The notes beneath the pieces were generated by a model. That model had not been told where the DNA came from. It saw only the letters and a program-made list of their open reading frames with translations, and searched no databases. From the NCBI GenBank assembly GCA_046292385.1, contig JBKBRF010000022.1, positions 32,001-96,000 of the forward strand: a stretch of 64,000 bases of DNA, given 5' to 3'. A program made the translations under genes and the position numbers. Positions within the stretch are counted from its first letter, which is position 1, and the number at the start of each line of letters is the position of its first letter. The stretch is from Armatimonadota bacterium (lineage in GTDB: Bacteria; Armatimonadota; SYMT01). Shown here piece by piece: positions 38,087 through 47,975 of this stretch.

Positions 38087-38329
38087 GGCGCTGGCGGGAA
38101 GCAAGGCCAGGGAGCCTGCAGCCCGGCACACGCTGACGAAGCCGTGCCGGAGCCCAGGGGTCGCCAGCGAGCAGGAGCAAGAGTAAGAGCAGGAGCAGGA
38201 TCTCCCGTTGACGGAGGGTTCGGCTTTAGCCTTTAGCCTTTTGCCTTTAGCCTTCAGAAGTGGGAGGAGTGCGCCCCGGACGCGGCCAACCGCTGCGTCG
38301 GGGGCGCTGTTGCCCCGCCGTACTCTGCT

Positions 38330-39364
38330 GTGACCGGACTGCCTGTGTCTGAGCCTTCCCCTTTGCCGCCCCAGTCCCCCAAGACGGCCGGTGACCGCGG
38401 CTTCTTCAAGTCCGCCGCGCGCCTGTTGGCCCCGCTCGTCGTGCTCGTGCTGATGGCGATCTTCTTCGCCTGGATCACGGGTGGGCGCTATCTCCAGCCG
38501 AACAGCCTCACCGACATCGGTCAGCAGGCGGCAATCATTGTGATCGTGGGGATCGGGCAGACGCTGGTGATCATCGCGGGCGGGATCGACCTGTCGGTCG
38601 GCGCGGTGGTGGCGTTCAGCGGCAGCCTGGCCGCGGTGCTGATCCTGGAGGCGGGGTTCCACCCGATGGCCGCCGCGGCGATTGCCGTGCTGGCCGGCGG
38701 CGCCATCGGGTTCTTCAACGGCTTCACCTCCGTCAAGACCCGCGTCCACCCGTTCATCATCACCCTCGGGTCGATGATGATCTTCCGCGGGCTCGCCCTC
38801 TGGCTCACCGGCGCCAGCAACACGGACCTGCTCCCGGAGACCTTCACCGGCCTCGCTACCGGAAAGTTTCCGCTCGGGCCGCGGAGCGAGATCTACGTTC
38901 CGAACATCCTGATCGTCTACATCGTGGTGCTGGGAGTCGTCACGCATCTGATGCTCACCCGCACCCGGGTGGGACGCTACTGCTTCGCCATCGGCAGTAA
39001 CCCGGAGAGCGCCCGCCTCTCCGGCGTCAACGTCGGCCGCTGGACCACCCTCTATTTCGCCCTGGCCGGCCTGCTCTTCGGGTTCGGCGGCATCGTGCAG
39101 GCCGCCCGGGTCGGCATCGGTCAGCCGACAATTGCGGAAGGGATGGAGCTGGAAGCGATCGCCGCGGCGGTGATCGGCGGCACCAGCCTGGCGGGCGGGC
39201 AGGGCTCCGTGGGAGGCACCATCATCGGCGCGCTGCTCATGGCGGGCCTCCGCCAGGGGCTCCGGATGGTGGGGCTCCAGCCGTACTGGCAGACCGTGGC
39301 GCTGGGGGCGGCGATCGTCGTCGCGGTGATTTACGACCGCGTCAGCCGCCGCAGCACCACCTGA
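38330..39364 (+). CDS. Sugar ABC transporter permease (RbsC-like)
   Basis: GGIDLSVG, PFIITLG, AIGSNPESARLSG, ELEAIAAAVIGGTSL. Confidence 0.93.
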   Translation: MTGLPVSEPSPLPPQSPKTAGDRGFFKSAARLLAPLVVLVLMAIFFAWITGGRYLQPNSLTDIGQQAAIIVIVGIGQTLVIIAGGIDLSVGAVVAFSGSLAAVLILEAGFHPMAAAAIAVLAGGAIGFFNGFTSVKTRVHPFIITLGSMMIFRGLALWLTGASNTDLLPETFTGLATGKFPLGPRSEIYVPNILIVYIVVLGVVTHLMLTRTRVGRYCFAIGSNPESARLSGVNVGRWTTLYFALAGLLFGFGGIVQAARVGIGQPTIAEGMELEAIAAAVIGGTSLAGGQGSVGGTIIGALLMAGLRQGLRMVGLQPYWQTVALGAAIVVAVIYDRVSRRSTT

Positions 39365-39379
39365 TCCTGGAACTGGAAA

Positions 39380-40417
39380 GTGAAAGCCATGCATCGCAGA
39401 CTCCTGCTCGGAATGACCCTCGCCGCCGGTCTCTGCACCGGCTGCATTCGCGAGACGGCGCCGCCCGCCGCCAACACCGGCGGAGAGCCCGGGGCCGCCT
39501 CCGCCTCCGCCGTGGAGACGCGGAGCAAAGACGAGACGCTCGAGATCGCGGTGGTGCCGAAGGGCCTCACCCATCAGTTCTGGCAGACGATCCGCGCGGG
39601 GGCCGAGGAGGCCGGCAAGGACGTGAACGCCAGGATCCTCTGGAACGGGCCGAAGTCCGAGACGGAGATCCAGGACCAAATCGACATCTTGAAGAACTAC
39701 GCCAGCCAGGGGGTCGACGGCATCGCGGTGGCTGCGACTAACGCGAAGGCGCTCGCCCGCCCCGTGGAAGAGCTGGACGCCCAGAAGATTCCGGTGGTGG
39801 TGATCGACTCCGGAGTGGAGTCCCAGGTCCCGCGCTCCTTCATTGCCACCGACAACGTCGAGGCGGCGAAGCTGGCGGCGAAGGAGATGGGCCGGCTCCT
39901 CGGCGGTAAGGGGAAGGTCGCCGTGCTGTCGTTCCTGAAGGGCGCCGGTACTTCCGACGAGCGGGAGCGCGGCTTTCTCGAGGGAATCAAGGAGTTCCCC
40001 GGAATCGAAGTGCTCGAGCCGGTGGAGACGAAGAGCGACTCCGCCCGCGCGGCGGACCAGATGGAAACGCTGATCACCCACCACCCGGACCTCGCCGGCG
40101 TCTTCGCCTCCAACGAGCCGAACGTCGTCGGCGCGGCCAAGGTGATCCAGGACAAGGGTCTCGCCGGCAAGGTGAAGCTGATCGGCTTCGACGCCAGCGA
40201 CCCGGAGATCGAGTACCTGCAGAGGGGCGTGGTGCAGGCGATCGTGGTCCAAGACCCGTTCAAGATGGGCTACGAAGGGGTGAAGGCGCTGGCGCAGATC
40301 CTCCGCGGCGAGGGGACGCCGAACCCGCGCATCGACACCGGCGCTACCGTGGTCACCCAGGAGAACCTGGACGACCCGAAGGTGCAGAAGCTCCTCTACC
40401 CGCTGGGCAAGAAGTAG
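39380..40417 (+). CDS. Sugar ABC transporter substrate-binding lipoprotein (RbsB-like)
   Basis: Lipobox CTGC; VPKG..HQFW, IATDN, GFD, VQDPFKMGY. Confidence 0.92.
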   Translation: MKAMHRRLLLGMTLAAGLCTGCIRETAPPAANTGGEPGAASASAVETRSKDETLEIAVVPKGLTHQFWQTIRAGAEEAGKDVNARILWNGPKSETEIQDQIDILKNYASQGVDGIAVAATNAKALARPVEELDAQKIPVVVIDSGVESQVPRSFIATDNVEAAKLAAKEMGRLLGGKGKVAVLSFLKGAGTSDERERGFLEGIKEFPGIEVLEPVETKSDSARAADQMETLITHHPDLAGVFASNEPNVVGAAKVIQDKGLAGKVKLIGFDASDPEIEYLQRGVVQAIVVQDPFKMGYEGVKALAQILRGEGTPNPRIDTGATVVTQENLDDPKVQKLLYPLGKK

Positions 40418-40548
40418 CGCTGCCGGCCTTCGAGCCGGCAGCCAGCTCCACAGCCTCCGTATCTTGGGCGATGCGGAGGCTGTTCGTGTACCGGCAGCTA
40501 ACCTGTCACCGTAGTATCTCTCGCGGAACTATCCGCAAGGAGGACCAC

Positions 40549-41145
40549 GTGCTTACCAGACGCGCATGCCTGGGGACGGGGGTCGCCGGCGCGCTGCTCT
40601 TCGGAGCGCTCACGGCAGCCCCCGCCCAGGCTCCCGAGCCGCTCAAGGTCGGGGAGAAGGCTCCGGAGTTCACGCTGAAGAGCGTCGACGACAAGACCGT
40701 CACGCTGAGTGAAGTCGCCAAGAAGAACAAGGCCACCCTGGTCAACTTCTTCTTCAACGGCTGAGGCTTCTGCAGGTTGGAGTTTCCACACCTTCAAGAG
40801 GCATACAAGAAGTACAAGGACCAGGGATTCGAGATCATCGCCATCAACGTGAGCGCCCGCGACACACCGGAGGCGATCAAGAAGCTCTTCACCGATGCCA
40901 AGCTCACCTTTACCGCGGTGAAGGATGACATCGGTGAGAACATGCGCGGCAAGACGATGGCGGCGTACGGCGTCCGCGGCTGTCCCACCAACTTCGTGGT
41001 GGACAAAGACGGCAAGATCGTCGCCAGCTGGGTCGGCTTTAACCCGCAGAACGGCGCCAAGCACCTGAAAGAGGAGTGGGCGAAGCTCGGCTTCAAAGAC
41101 GACAGCGCCGCGCCGGATGGCGAAGCGAAGCCGGACAACCAGTAA
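40549..41145 (+). CDS. Exported redoxin/TlpA-like thioredoxin-fold protein with in-frame UGA (UxxC; probable selenoprotein)
   Basis: AGGAGG RBS and GTG; LKVGEKAPEFTL...LVNFFFNG-TGA(40762-64)-GFCRLEFPHL...PTNFVVDKDGKI; ORF track splits it in two. Confidence 0.85.
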
Positions 41146-41348
41146 CTCCCTCCCCCATTCGAGACGAAGCAGATCGAGAGCCGGGAGGCCGCGCGGAGCT
41201 ACCGCCGCCTCCCGGCTTTCTTGCCTCAGCGGCCGCTGACACTCCCGGGCACCCGCCCGCGCGCAGCCGGGCGAGGAGCCGCGCGGACGGCTGTCCAACC
41301 GTGATGGGAAGCGGCGAATCCCGCCCTCCGCACTCCTCCCTCAGCCCG

Positions 41349-42284
41349 ATGCCCGCCACCTGGTCCGCCTCTCGCACCCGCACCTTTCAGGAATGCCGGC
41401 GGAAGTACTACTACCGGTACCACCTGGCACCGCTGGGCCGCCGGCCGGACGCGCCGCCGGAGGCGGTGCAGGCGGAGCGCGTGAAGGACCTGGTGGGGCT
41501 GGAAGCGTGGTGCGGGGACCTGGTCCACCGCGTCATCGAGACGGCGCTGCAGCACTGGCGGGCACGGCGCACCTTCACGGCGGAGGACGGCACCCGCCTG
41601 GCGCAGCGGGAACTGAGCCGGCAATTCCGCGCCTCCCACCAGTTCTGGCAGGCGCATCCGGAGGAATTCGTCCACCGCCCCACGCTGCTCGATCTCCACT
41701 ACTACGGCGACGGCACCCTCCCCCGGGAGCGCGCGGCGGAGTTGAAGGAGCGGGTCTTCACCGCCGTCTCCGGCTTTCTCCACTCCCGCTTGGCGGAGCG
41801 GATCCAGCGCGCGCTGCCGGGCGGCTGGCTGCCGATCGACCGCCTCGCCGCCGCGCGCCTGGACGAAGGGCTCACGATCTACGTGCGGCCCGACTTCGCC
41901 TACCGCGAAGGCGAGTGGCTCCACATCCTCGACTGGAAGACCGGCCGCTCCGACCCGTTCTGGGAGCTGGTACAGGTCACCTGTTACGCGCTCTACGCGG
42001 CGGAGAAGTGGAGCCAGCCGCTGAGCTGCATCGTCCCGCAGATCGTCCACCTCTACCCGGAGCTCCGGATCGCGGAGACGGAGTATACCGAAGCGTCCCT
42101 CCACGACGTGCTCACCTTCATCCGGGAAAGCCACGGCGAGATTGCGGAGCTCTGCGGCGAAGAGCCGCTCCCGCCGGCGGAGCGGTTCCCCTTCTGCGAC
42201 GATCCCGGCCGCTGCCGGTGGTGCCAGTTCCGCGGACTCTGCGCCGGCGCCGCCCGCGCCGCGGCCGAGGGGGCCCGCGGGTGA
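41349..42284 (+). CDS. PD-(D/E)XK nuclease family protein (AddB/Cas4-like Fe-S Cys motif)
   Basis: WSASR..FQECRRKYYYRY, RPD, ILDWKTG, QxxxY, CRWCQFRGLC. Confidence 0.85.
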   Translation: MPATWSASRTRTFQECRRKYYYRYHLAPLGRRPDAPPEAVQAERVKDLVGLEAWCGDLVHRVIETALQHWRARRTFTAEDGTRLAQRELSRQFRASHQFWQAHPEEFVHRPTLLDLHYYGDGTLPRERAAELKERVFTAVSGFLHSRLAERIQRALPGGWLPIDRLAAARLDEGLTIYVRPDFAYREGEWLHILDWKTGRSDPFWELVQVTCYALYAAEKWSQPLSCIVPQIVHLYPELRIAETEYTEASLHDVLTFIRESHGEIAELCGEEPLPPAERFPFCDDPGRCRWCQFRGLCAGAARAAAEGARG

Positions 42285-43384
42285 GCACCCGGCGGACGCT
42301 CGGGATGGCGCTCGGCCTGCTCGCCCTGGTCTCCGCGGCCGTATTCGGATACCGCTCCGTCGATTCCGTCGCCGGCAGCCAGGGCTGGAACGACTTCGTC
42401 GAGAGCGGTTACCCGCTCTCCGTCCTGTTCGGGATCCTGGCGCTGGTGGTCGGCCCTGTCGTCCTCGCCGAGCACCGCCGGAGCCGGCTCTACCGCGCCG
42501 CCGCGAGTGGCGACGTCACCCGTCTTCGGCGGCTGGTGCGGCACTGGGCCTACCTCGACGGGCGCTACCGCGGCGCGACGATCCTCTCCCATGCCGCGGC
42601 CGGAGGACATCTCCCCTGTGTCGAGCTGCTTCTGGAGGCGGGCGCCCTGCCGGACGCAACCGGCGCCCGCGGCTGGACCCCGCTGATGTCGGCCGCGCTC
42701 AACGGCCGGGAGGCGGTCACCGCGCGGCTCCTCCGGGCCGGCGCCGACCCGAACCGGCAGAACCAGCCGGAGCCGGGCGCTCCGGAGGGCTCCACGGAGT
42801 TCGAGCCGTCGGCCCCGGGGGACCCAGGCGGCTGGACGCCGCTCCTGCTGGCATGCTGGAGCGGCGATGGCTTCAGCACCTTCCGCCTGCTCGCGGCGGG
42901 CGCGGAGCCGAACCACCGCTCCGGCCACGGCTACACGGCACTCGGCCTGGCCGCGGAGCGGCGCCACTTCCACCTGGTCCGCTACCTGCTGGAGTTCGGA
43001 GCCGACCCGCACCTGCCGAGCCGGGGACAGTCCCCGTTCGAGGCGCTGCTGGGCGCCGGTCCGCCGATACTCGCCCTCTACCTGCTCACAGCCACGCGCA
43101 CGCCGGCGTCGACCGCGCTCCCCATCGCCGTGCGGTGCGGGCGGCCGGAGCTGGTGGAAGAGCTGCTGCGGAGGGGTGCCGACCCGAACGCGGAGGGCGG
43201 CAGCGCGCTGGTGGAGGCAGTCTACCGGGGCGATGCCGGGCTGGTCCGGCTCCTCCTGGAGCGCGGCGCCGACCCGTCGGTCACGAATCACCGCGGCGAG
43301 CCGCTCCTCCAGATCGCCCGCCGCCGCTCGTATTCGGAAGTGGCGGCGCTGCTGGAGAGCGCCGGGAGCACCGGGGCAAGCTAA
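42281..43384 (+). CDS. Membrane-anchored ankyrin-repeat protein
   Basis: Two N-terminal TM segments; GWTPLMSAA, GWTPLLLA, LLxxGADPN repeats; GTGA overlap. Confidence 0.88.
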   Translation: MSTRRTLGMALGLLALVSAAVFGYRSVDSVAGSQGWNDFVESGYPLSVLFGILALVVGPVVLAEHRRSRLYRAAASGDVTRLRRLVRHWAYLDGRYRGATILSHAAAGGHLPCVELLLEAGALPDATGARGWTPLMSAALNGREAVTARLLRAGADPNRQNQPEPGAPEGSTEFEPSAPGDPGGWTPLLLACWSGDGFSTFRLLAAGAEPNHRSGHGYTALGLAAERRHFHLVRYLLEFGADPHLPSRGQSPFEALLGAGPPILALYLLTATRTPASTALPIAVRCGRPELVEELLRRGADPNAEGGSALVEAVYRGDAGLVRLLLERGADPSVTNHRGEPLLQIARRRSYSEVAALLESAGSTGAS

Positions 43385-43584
43385 TGGCGGGACACCGGCA
43401 GGAAGAGCGGCGTCTTAGGGATAAAGTTACAGCCGGCCGGGACCTACCGAACGAGCCCTCCCTGCACGGCATGTCTCCCCAGGAAATGCCCATGGGAACC
43501 TCGCCCTCCTCTGTCCCCACGCGCCGCCGCGGCCTCTACGCGCGCCGGCCGGACTCGGAAGTCCCCCGCCCCTTCGGCGCAACC

Positions 43585-44898
43585 ATGGAATCGCTGGAAG
43601 CGAGACTTCGACGACGCGAGCGCGAGCTCGGCGCCATCCGGCGCATCACCGCGGCCCTCTACGCGCGCACCCACCTCGACGACCTGGTGCGGCAGACGCT
43701 CGACGTCGCCATCGAGACGGTGGAGGCGACCGGCGGCACGATCTACCTGCACGACCCGAAGAAAAACGTCCTGATCTTCAAGTGGGTCGTCGCCGCGCCG
43801 GAGATCGCCGCCCGCCTCCGCGGGATGGAGATGCCGGACGACAAGGGGATCGCCGGAGAAGTCTTCCACACCGGCACCGGCCGGGTGACGCTCGACGTCA
43901 CCAAAGACCGCAATCACAACCGCGGCGTCGACCAGAAGACGCAATTCGTCACGCAGAACATCATCACCGTCCCGATGCGCAGTATGGGCGGCCGCACCAT
44001 CGGCGTGGCCCAGGTGCTGAACCGCCGGGAAGGCGAGTTCGACCAGGACGACCTGGAAGTCGTGGAGGTCATCTGCGCCCAGGCCGCCTCCGCCATCGAA
44101 ACGGCGCGGCTCTACGACGAGGCGCGCCGCGCCAGCGTGATCAACCTGATCGGCGACATCAGTCACGACGTCAAGAACCTGCTCACCCCGGTGGTGACCG
44201 GCATGCAGACGCTCGAGATGATGATGGACTCGATGTACGAAGACCTCGACAAGGCGCTGCCAAAGGTTCCGGACCCGGTCCGGGACGAGGTGAGCTGGGC
44301 GGTCGACGGCGTGCGCGGCTTCTACCAGGAAGCGATGGAGATGGTGTACGACGGCGCCCGCGACGCGCAGGAGCGCGTGCGGGAGATCGCGGACGCCATC
44401 AAGGGGATCGTCGCGGAGCCGCACTTCGAGCTGACCGACTTCCGCGAGCGCGCGGAGGCGGTGGCGAAGGTGCTCAAGCTGGTGGCGGAGCGGAAGGGCG
44501 TGACGATCGCCCTCGCCGGCATCGAAGAGACCGGCCCCGTGGAGCTCGACCGCAAGAGCATCTACAACGCGATCTACAACCTGATCAACAACGCCATCCC
44601 GGAGACCCCGGAAGGCGGCACCATCTCCGTCAGCGCCCGTCCCACGGAGCTGAACGGCGTCCCGGCGCTGGAGATCCAGGTCGCCGATACCGGGCGCGGC
44701 ATGCCGCCCCACATCCGGGAGCGGATGTTCACCGACAGCGCGATCAGCACCAAGCCGGGCGGCACCGGGCTGGGCACCCGCATCGTGAAGAACGTGGTCG
44801 ACCTCCACCACGGCACCATCCGCGTCGACAGCGAGGAGGGCCGCGGCACCACCTTCACCCTCCGCATCCCGACGCGGCAGCCTGAGGAAACGCGTTAG
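43585..44898 (+). CDS. GAF-domain sensor histidine kinase
   Basis: GAF (GIAGEVF...VPMR...QVLN); H-box SHDVKNLLT; NLINNA, DTGRG, GTGLG; alternative in-frame start at 43384. Confidence 0.92.
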   Translation: MESLEARLRRRERELGAIRRITAALYARTHLDDLVRQTLDVAIETVEATGGTIYLHDPKKNVLIFKWVVAAPEIAARLRGMEMPDDKGIAGEVFHTGTGRVTLDVTKDRNHNRGVDQKTQFVTQNIITVPMRSMGGRTIGVAQVLNRREGEFDQDDLEVVEVICAQAASAIETARLYDEARRASVINLIGDISHDVKNLLTPVVTGMQTLEMMMDSMYEDLDKALPKVPDPVRDEVSWAVDGVRGFYQEAMEMVYDGARDAQERVREIADAIKGIVAEPHFELTDFRERAEAVAKVLKLVAERKGVTIALAGIEETGPVELDRKSIYNAIYNLINNAIPETPEGGTISVSARPTELNGVPALEIQVADTGRGMPPHIRERMFTDSAISTKPGGTGLGTRIVKNVVDLHHGTIRVDSEEGRGTTFTLRIPTRQPEETR

Positions 44899-45030
44899 CT
44901 GGGACAACGGGTGAGGAGCTCGGTTTGCCCTCGAACTGTCCGGCCGGCAGTTTGGAAGCCTGTGACGGTCGGCGGATAGGATCCGCTCCGCATTTGACGC
45001 CCGCCTGGCGAACGCTCGCGCGCCCCGGAG

Positions 45031-45175
45031 GAAGGGCCGCGCAAGCGCGTCACTCCTAAAAGTCCCGGAGGGCGCTCCGCTACGACGGCGCCAAGATCTC
45101 CCGGCGAGATGCTCCTCGCGGGCAGCGGGAGGAACGAATCGGTGCTGCCGGAGTGACGCGCTTGCGCGGCCCTTC
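45031..45175. repeat. Perfect 26-bp inverted repeat (REP-like doublet)
   Basis: GAAGGGCCGCGCAAGCGCGTCACTCC (45031-56) / GGAGTGACGCGCTTGCGCGGCCCTTC (45150-75). Confidence 0.85.
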
Positions 45176-45416
45176 ATTCACGGTGAAGTCGCATCCGTGA
45201 GGTACGATGGGCCTCAGCTCCTCCCGCTGCGGTGAACCTTCTCCCTTCTTCCATCTTGCAATGCGACTTTTACGCCGTCTCCGTCGTCCAAGGAATGAAC
45301 GCGCAAGGTCTCTGCCGGGACGTGTGCTCCGTGGGCTCCGGTTTGGCGCGGCCGAAAGGCCGTGTGTATAATTCCGGAGTTCTCCCCCGGTCTCCGAGCC
45401 GACATCGGAGTTAGGG

Positions 45417-45734
45417 GTGCTCATGGGGGCGGCCAGGCTGATGAAAGAGGGCGCGCGGCAGGTACCGGATTGGGTGGGGCGGGGCGTGGGCCTGGCGGTC
45501 TTCGGCCTCGGAATCATCCTGCTGGTCTACGTCTTCTTCGCGACGAACCAGCTCGGCTCGCTGCTGCCGCCGGCGGGGGAGAAGATCCCGCCCAGCGAGT
45601 GGGCGCTCCGGCTCGGGGCTCCCTTCATCGTAGAGCTGGGCAAGCTCTTCATCTCCGGCCTCATCGCCTCCTGGATCGCCGCCCGCGGGGCACAGATGTA
45701 CGCCGCCGCGGGGCGGGCACTTCCCGGCGAGTGA
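45417..45734 (+). CDS. Small 2-TM membrane protein
   Basis: Two hydrophobic segments; TGTATAAT extended -10 at ~45365. Confidence 0.65.
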   Translation: MLMGAARLMKEGARQVPDWVGRGVGLAVFGLGIILLVYVFFATNQLGSLLPPAGEKIPPSEWALRLGAPFIVELGKLFISGLIASWIAARGAQMYAAAGRALPGE

Positions 45735-45887
45735 TGCTCGTAACTGATACCGGTTGGCAACATCTCTCTTCCCGAGTAGGGATTTAGAGGGCCGGTGTCG
45801 AACCGAAGTCCATTCGGCGAGTCTCGTCTGTCCGTTCCACCGGGCGCCCCGGCGCCCGCTCTCGCCGTGCTCACCTGGAGGTCGTCC

Positions 45888-47888
45888 ATGCCTCGTGCCA
45901 AAGTCGGAGCCGCCGTCGCAGCCGCCTGCGCCTCGGCGTTGCTCGCCGCGCCCGCCAGCGCGGACTGGACCGTCTACGGCGGTAACCTAGAGAACAACTT
46001 CTACACTACGGAGAAGCTGACGGCCCCGCTGGGAGTGGAGTGGAAGCACGCCACCAACCGCTCGGCCGGACGTCAGGGGAACCGCGGCGGCGCCATCATC
46101 AAGGATGGGGTCGCCTACTTCGCCTCCGGGCCGCAGCTCCTCGCGGTCGACGCCAAGACCGGCGAGCTGAAGTGGCGGGCGCCGGAAGCGGACCCGAACG
46201 ACACCTCGATTCCGAACGTCTCTTCCACGCCGACAATCGGCGACCAGTTCGTCTACGTGCCGGACGCCAAGGGGATGCTCTCCGCATACCGCCTCCAGGA
46301 CGGCTCGCTGGCGTGGCAGTTCCGCACCGGCAGCGCCATCAACGCCTCGCCGGTGCTGGTGGGAGACTCCGTCATCTTCGGGTCGGACGACGACTACGTC
46401 TACTGCATCGACGCCCGCACCAGCGACCTCCGCTGGAAGTCGAACGAGCGCGGCAAGGCGATCCGCCTCTCCGACGACCCGAACGGGGCCCCGGTGGTCT
46501 ACAGCGGCGTGGTCTACGTGAGCAGCCGCGACATGAAGGTGTGGGCCTTCGACGTGCTGAACGGCCGCATCCTGTGGTCGCAGCGGATGGCGGCGCCGAG
46601 CGCGGAGCTCTCTCCGGTCGCCGCGAACGGCCGCATCTGGATGGCCGCCGGCACCAACATGTATTCGTTCAGCCTGCGCGGCGGCAACTTCCGCACCTAC
46701 CCGCTGGGGCAGTCGCTGGAAGGTGAGATCACCACCACCCCGCTCATCACGGACGAGTTCTGGTTCGTGGGAGACCGCACCGGCTGGTTCCACGCCTTCA
46801 AGAACACCGGCAGCCCGGTAAAGCTGGCGAGCGGAGAGCCGTGGCGGGTGAAGATGGAGGGCCGCCCGATGGCTGCCCCGCTGATGACCCCCACCTCGAT
46901 CTTCGTGACGACCGACCGCGGCTTCATCTACGGGATCGACCTGAGCACCGGCAAGATCAACTGGACCTACCGCATGGAAGCCCCGAAGGGGATGGTCGGC
47001 GATCTCCAGCAGTTCTACGCGCTGCGCGCGCCGCTGGCGGTGGATAACGGCAAGCTCTACGTGGTGGGCGATGACGGCAGCCTCACCTGCATGTCGAACC
47101 AGGCCGAGGACAGCGAAGGCCCCGAGATCGTGATCCGCCGTCCTACGAAGGGGACGATCATGAACGGCCTGCCGCCGATCCAGATCTCCGCCTACGTGTG
47201 GGACGAGGGCACCGGCGTGAACCTCGACACGATCGAGATGCTGCTGGACGGCCAGCCGATCGAGCAGGACGAGCGGCCCTACTACGAGCGCCGCGCCACG
47301 CAGCGCACCGGCTGGGTCTACAACCCAATGACCCGCGTCCTGAGCTTCGAGACGCTGAAGGCCGAGGAGGGCGGCACCGACCTGCCCCTGGCCGACGGTC
47401 CGCACAAGATCACGATCTATGCCTCGGACTGGCGCGGCAACACCTCCATGCTGGAGTGGAACTTCACGGCCGATAACAAGCTGCCGCCGCGCGCCGTGAA
47501 GGTGAAGGAGAAGCCGACCGGCCGCGGACAGGGCGCACCGGGCGCCGCCGGACCGGGTGGTCCGGGCGGATATCCGGGTGGTCCGGGCGGACCGGGCGGT
47601 TATCCCGGCGGACCCGGTGGAGCGGGCGGATACCCCGGCGGACCGGGCGGAGCGGGCGGTTATCCCGGCGGGCCGGGTGGCCTGGGCGGTAACCAGGGGC
47701 AGTTCCGCGGCGGCCAGGGCGGCTACGGCTATCAGAACCGCGGCGCCGGTGGATACTTCGGCGGCGGCGGCCGGGGCGGCTTCGGTGGTCGCGGCGGCGG
47801 TTCCGGCGGCTATGGCGGCGGCGGCGGCTACGGTGGCGGCGGCGGCTATGGCGGCGGCGGTGGGCGCCGCGGCGGTCGCGGCTTCTAG
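45888..47888 (+). CDS. Secreted PQQ-like beta-propeller with Ig-like domain and Gly-rich low-complexity tail
   Basis: GGAGG RBS; signal peptide ASA-DW; propeller repeats; (GGYPGGPGG)-type repeats then RGG tail. Confidence 0.85.
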   Translation: MPRAKVGAAVAAACASALLAAPASADWTVYGGNLENNFYTTEKLTAPLGVEWKHATNRSAGRQGNRGGAIIKDGVAYFASGPQLLAVDAKTGELKWRAPEADPNDTSIPNVSSTPTIGDQFVYVPDAKGMLSAYRLQDGSLAWQFRTGSAINASPVLVGDSVIFGSDDDYVYCIDARTSDLRWKSNERGKAIRLSDDPNGAPVVYSGVVYVSSRDMKVWAFDVLNGRILWSQRMAAPSAELSPVAANGRIWMAAGTNMYSFSLRGGNFRTYPLGQSLEGEITTTPLITDEFWFVGDRTGWFHAFKNTGSPVKLASGEPWRVKMEGRPMAAPLMTPTSIFVTTDRGFIYGIDLSTGKINWTYRMEAPKGMVGDLQQFYALRAPLAVDNGKLYVVGDDGSLTCMSNQAEDSEGPEIVIRRPTKGTIMNGLPPIQISAYVWDEGTGVNLDTIEMLLDGQPIEQDERPYYERRATQRTGWVYNPMTRVLSFETLKAEEGGTDLPLADGPHKITIYASDWRGNTSMLEWNFTADNKLPPRAVKVKEKPTGRGQGAPGAAGPGGPGGYPGGPGGPGGYPGGPGGAGGYPGGPGGAGGYPGGPGGLGGNQGQFRGGQGGYGYQNRGAGGYFGGGGRGGFGGRGGGSGGYGGGGGYGGGGGYGGGGGRRGGRGF

Positions 47889-47924
47889 CCCATCCCCGGC
47901 CCACTGAAACGGAACGGACAGGCA

Positions 47925-47956
47925 AAGAGGGGGTCGCCGCATGGCGACCCCCTCTT
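47925..47956. terminator. Hairpin between convergent genes (probable bidirectional terminator)
   Basis: 14-bp perfect stem AAGAGGGGGTCGCC-GCAT-GGCGACCCCCTCTT. Confidence 0.75.
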
Positions 47957-47975
47957 GTCGTAGGCGGGGCTCCGG

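Noticed and set aside
40471..41145. Two separate small genes, or genome-wide UGA reassignment
   Set aside because: The halves form one thioredoxin fold, and UGA acts as a normal stop in many other genes here, so site-specific Sec insertion fits better.
41349..42284. cas4 of a CRISPR system
   Set aside because: No cas1/cas2 or array nearby; treated as a stand-alone PD-(D/E)XK nuclease.
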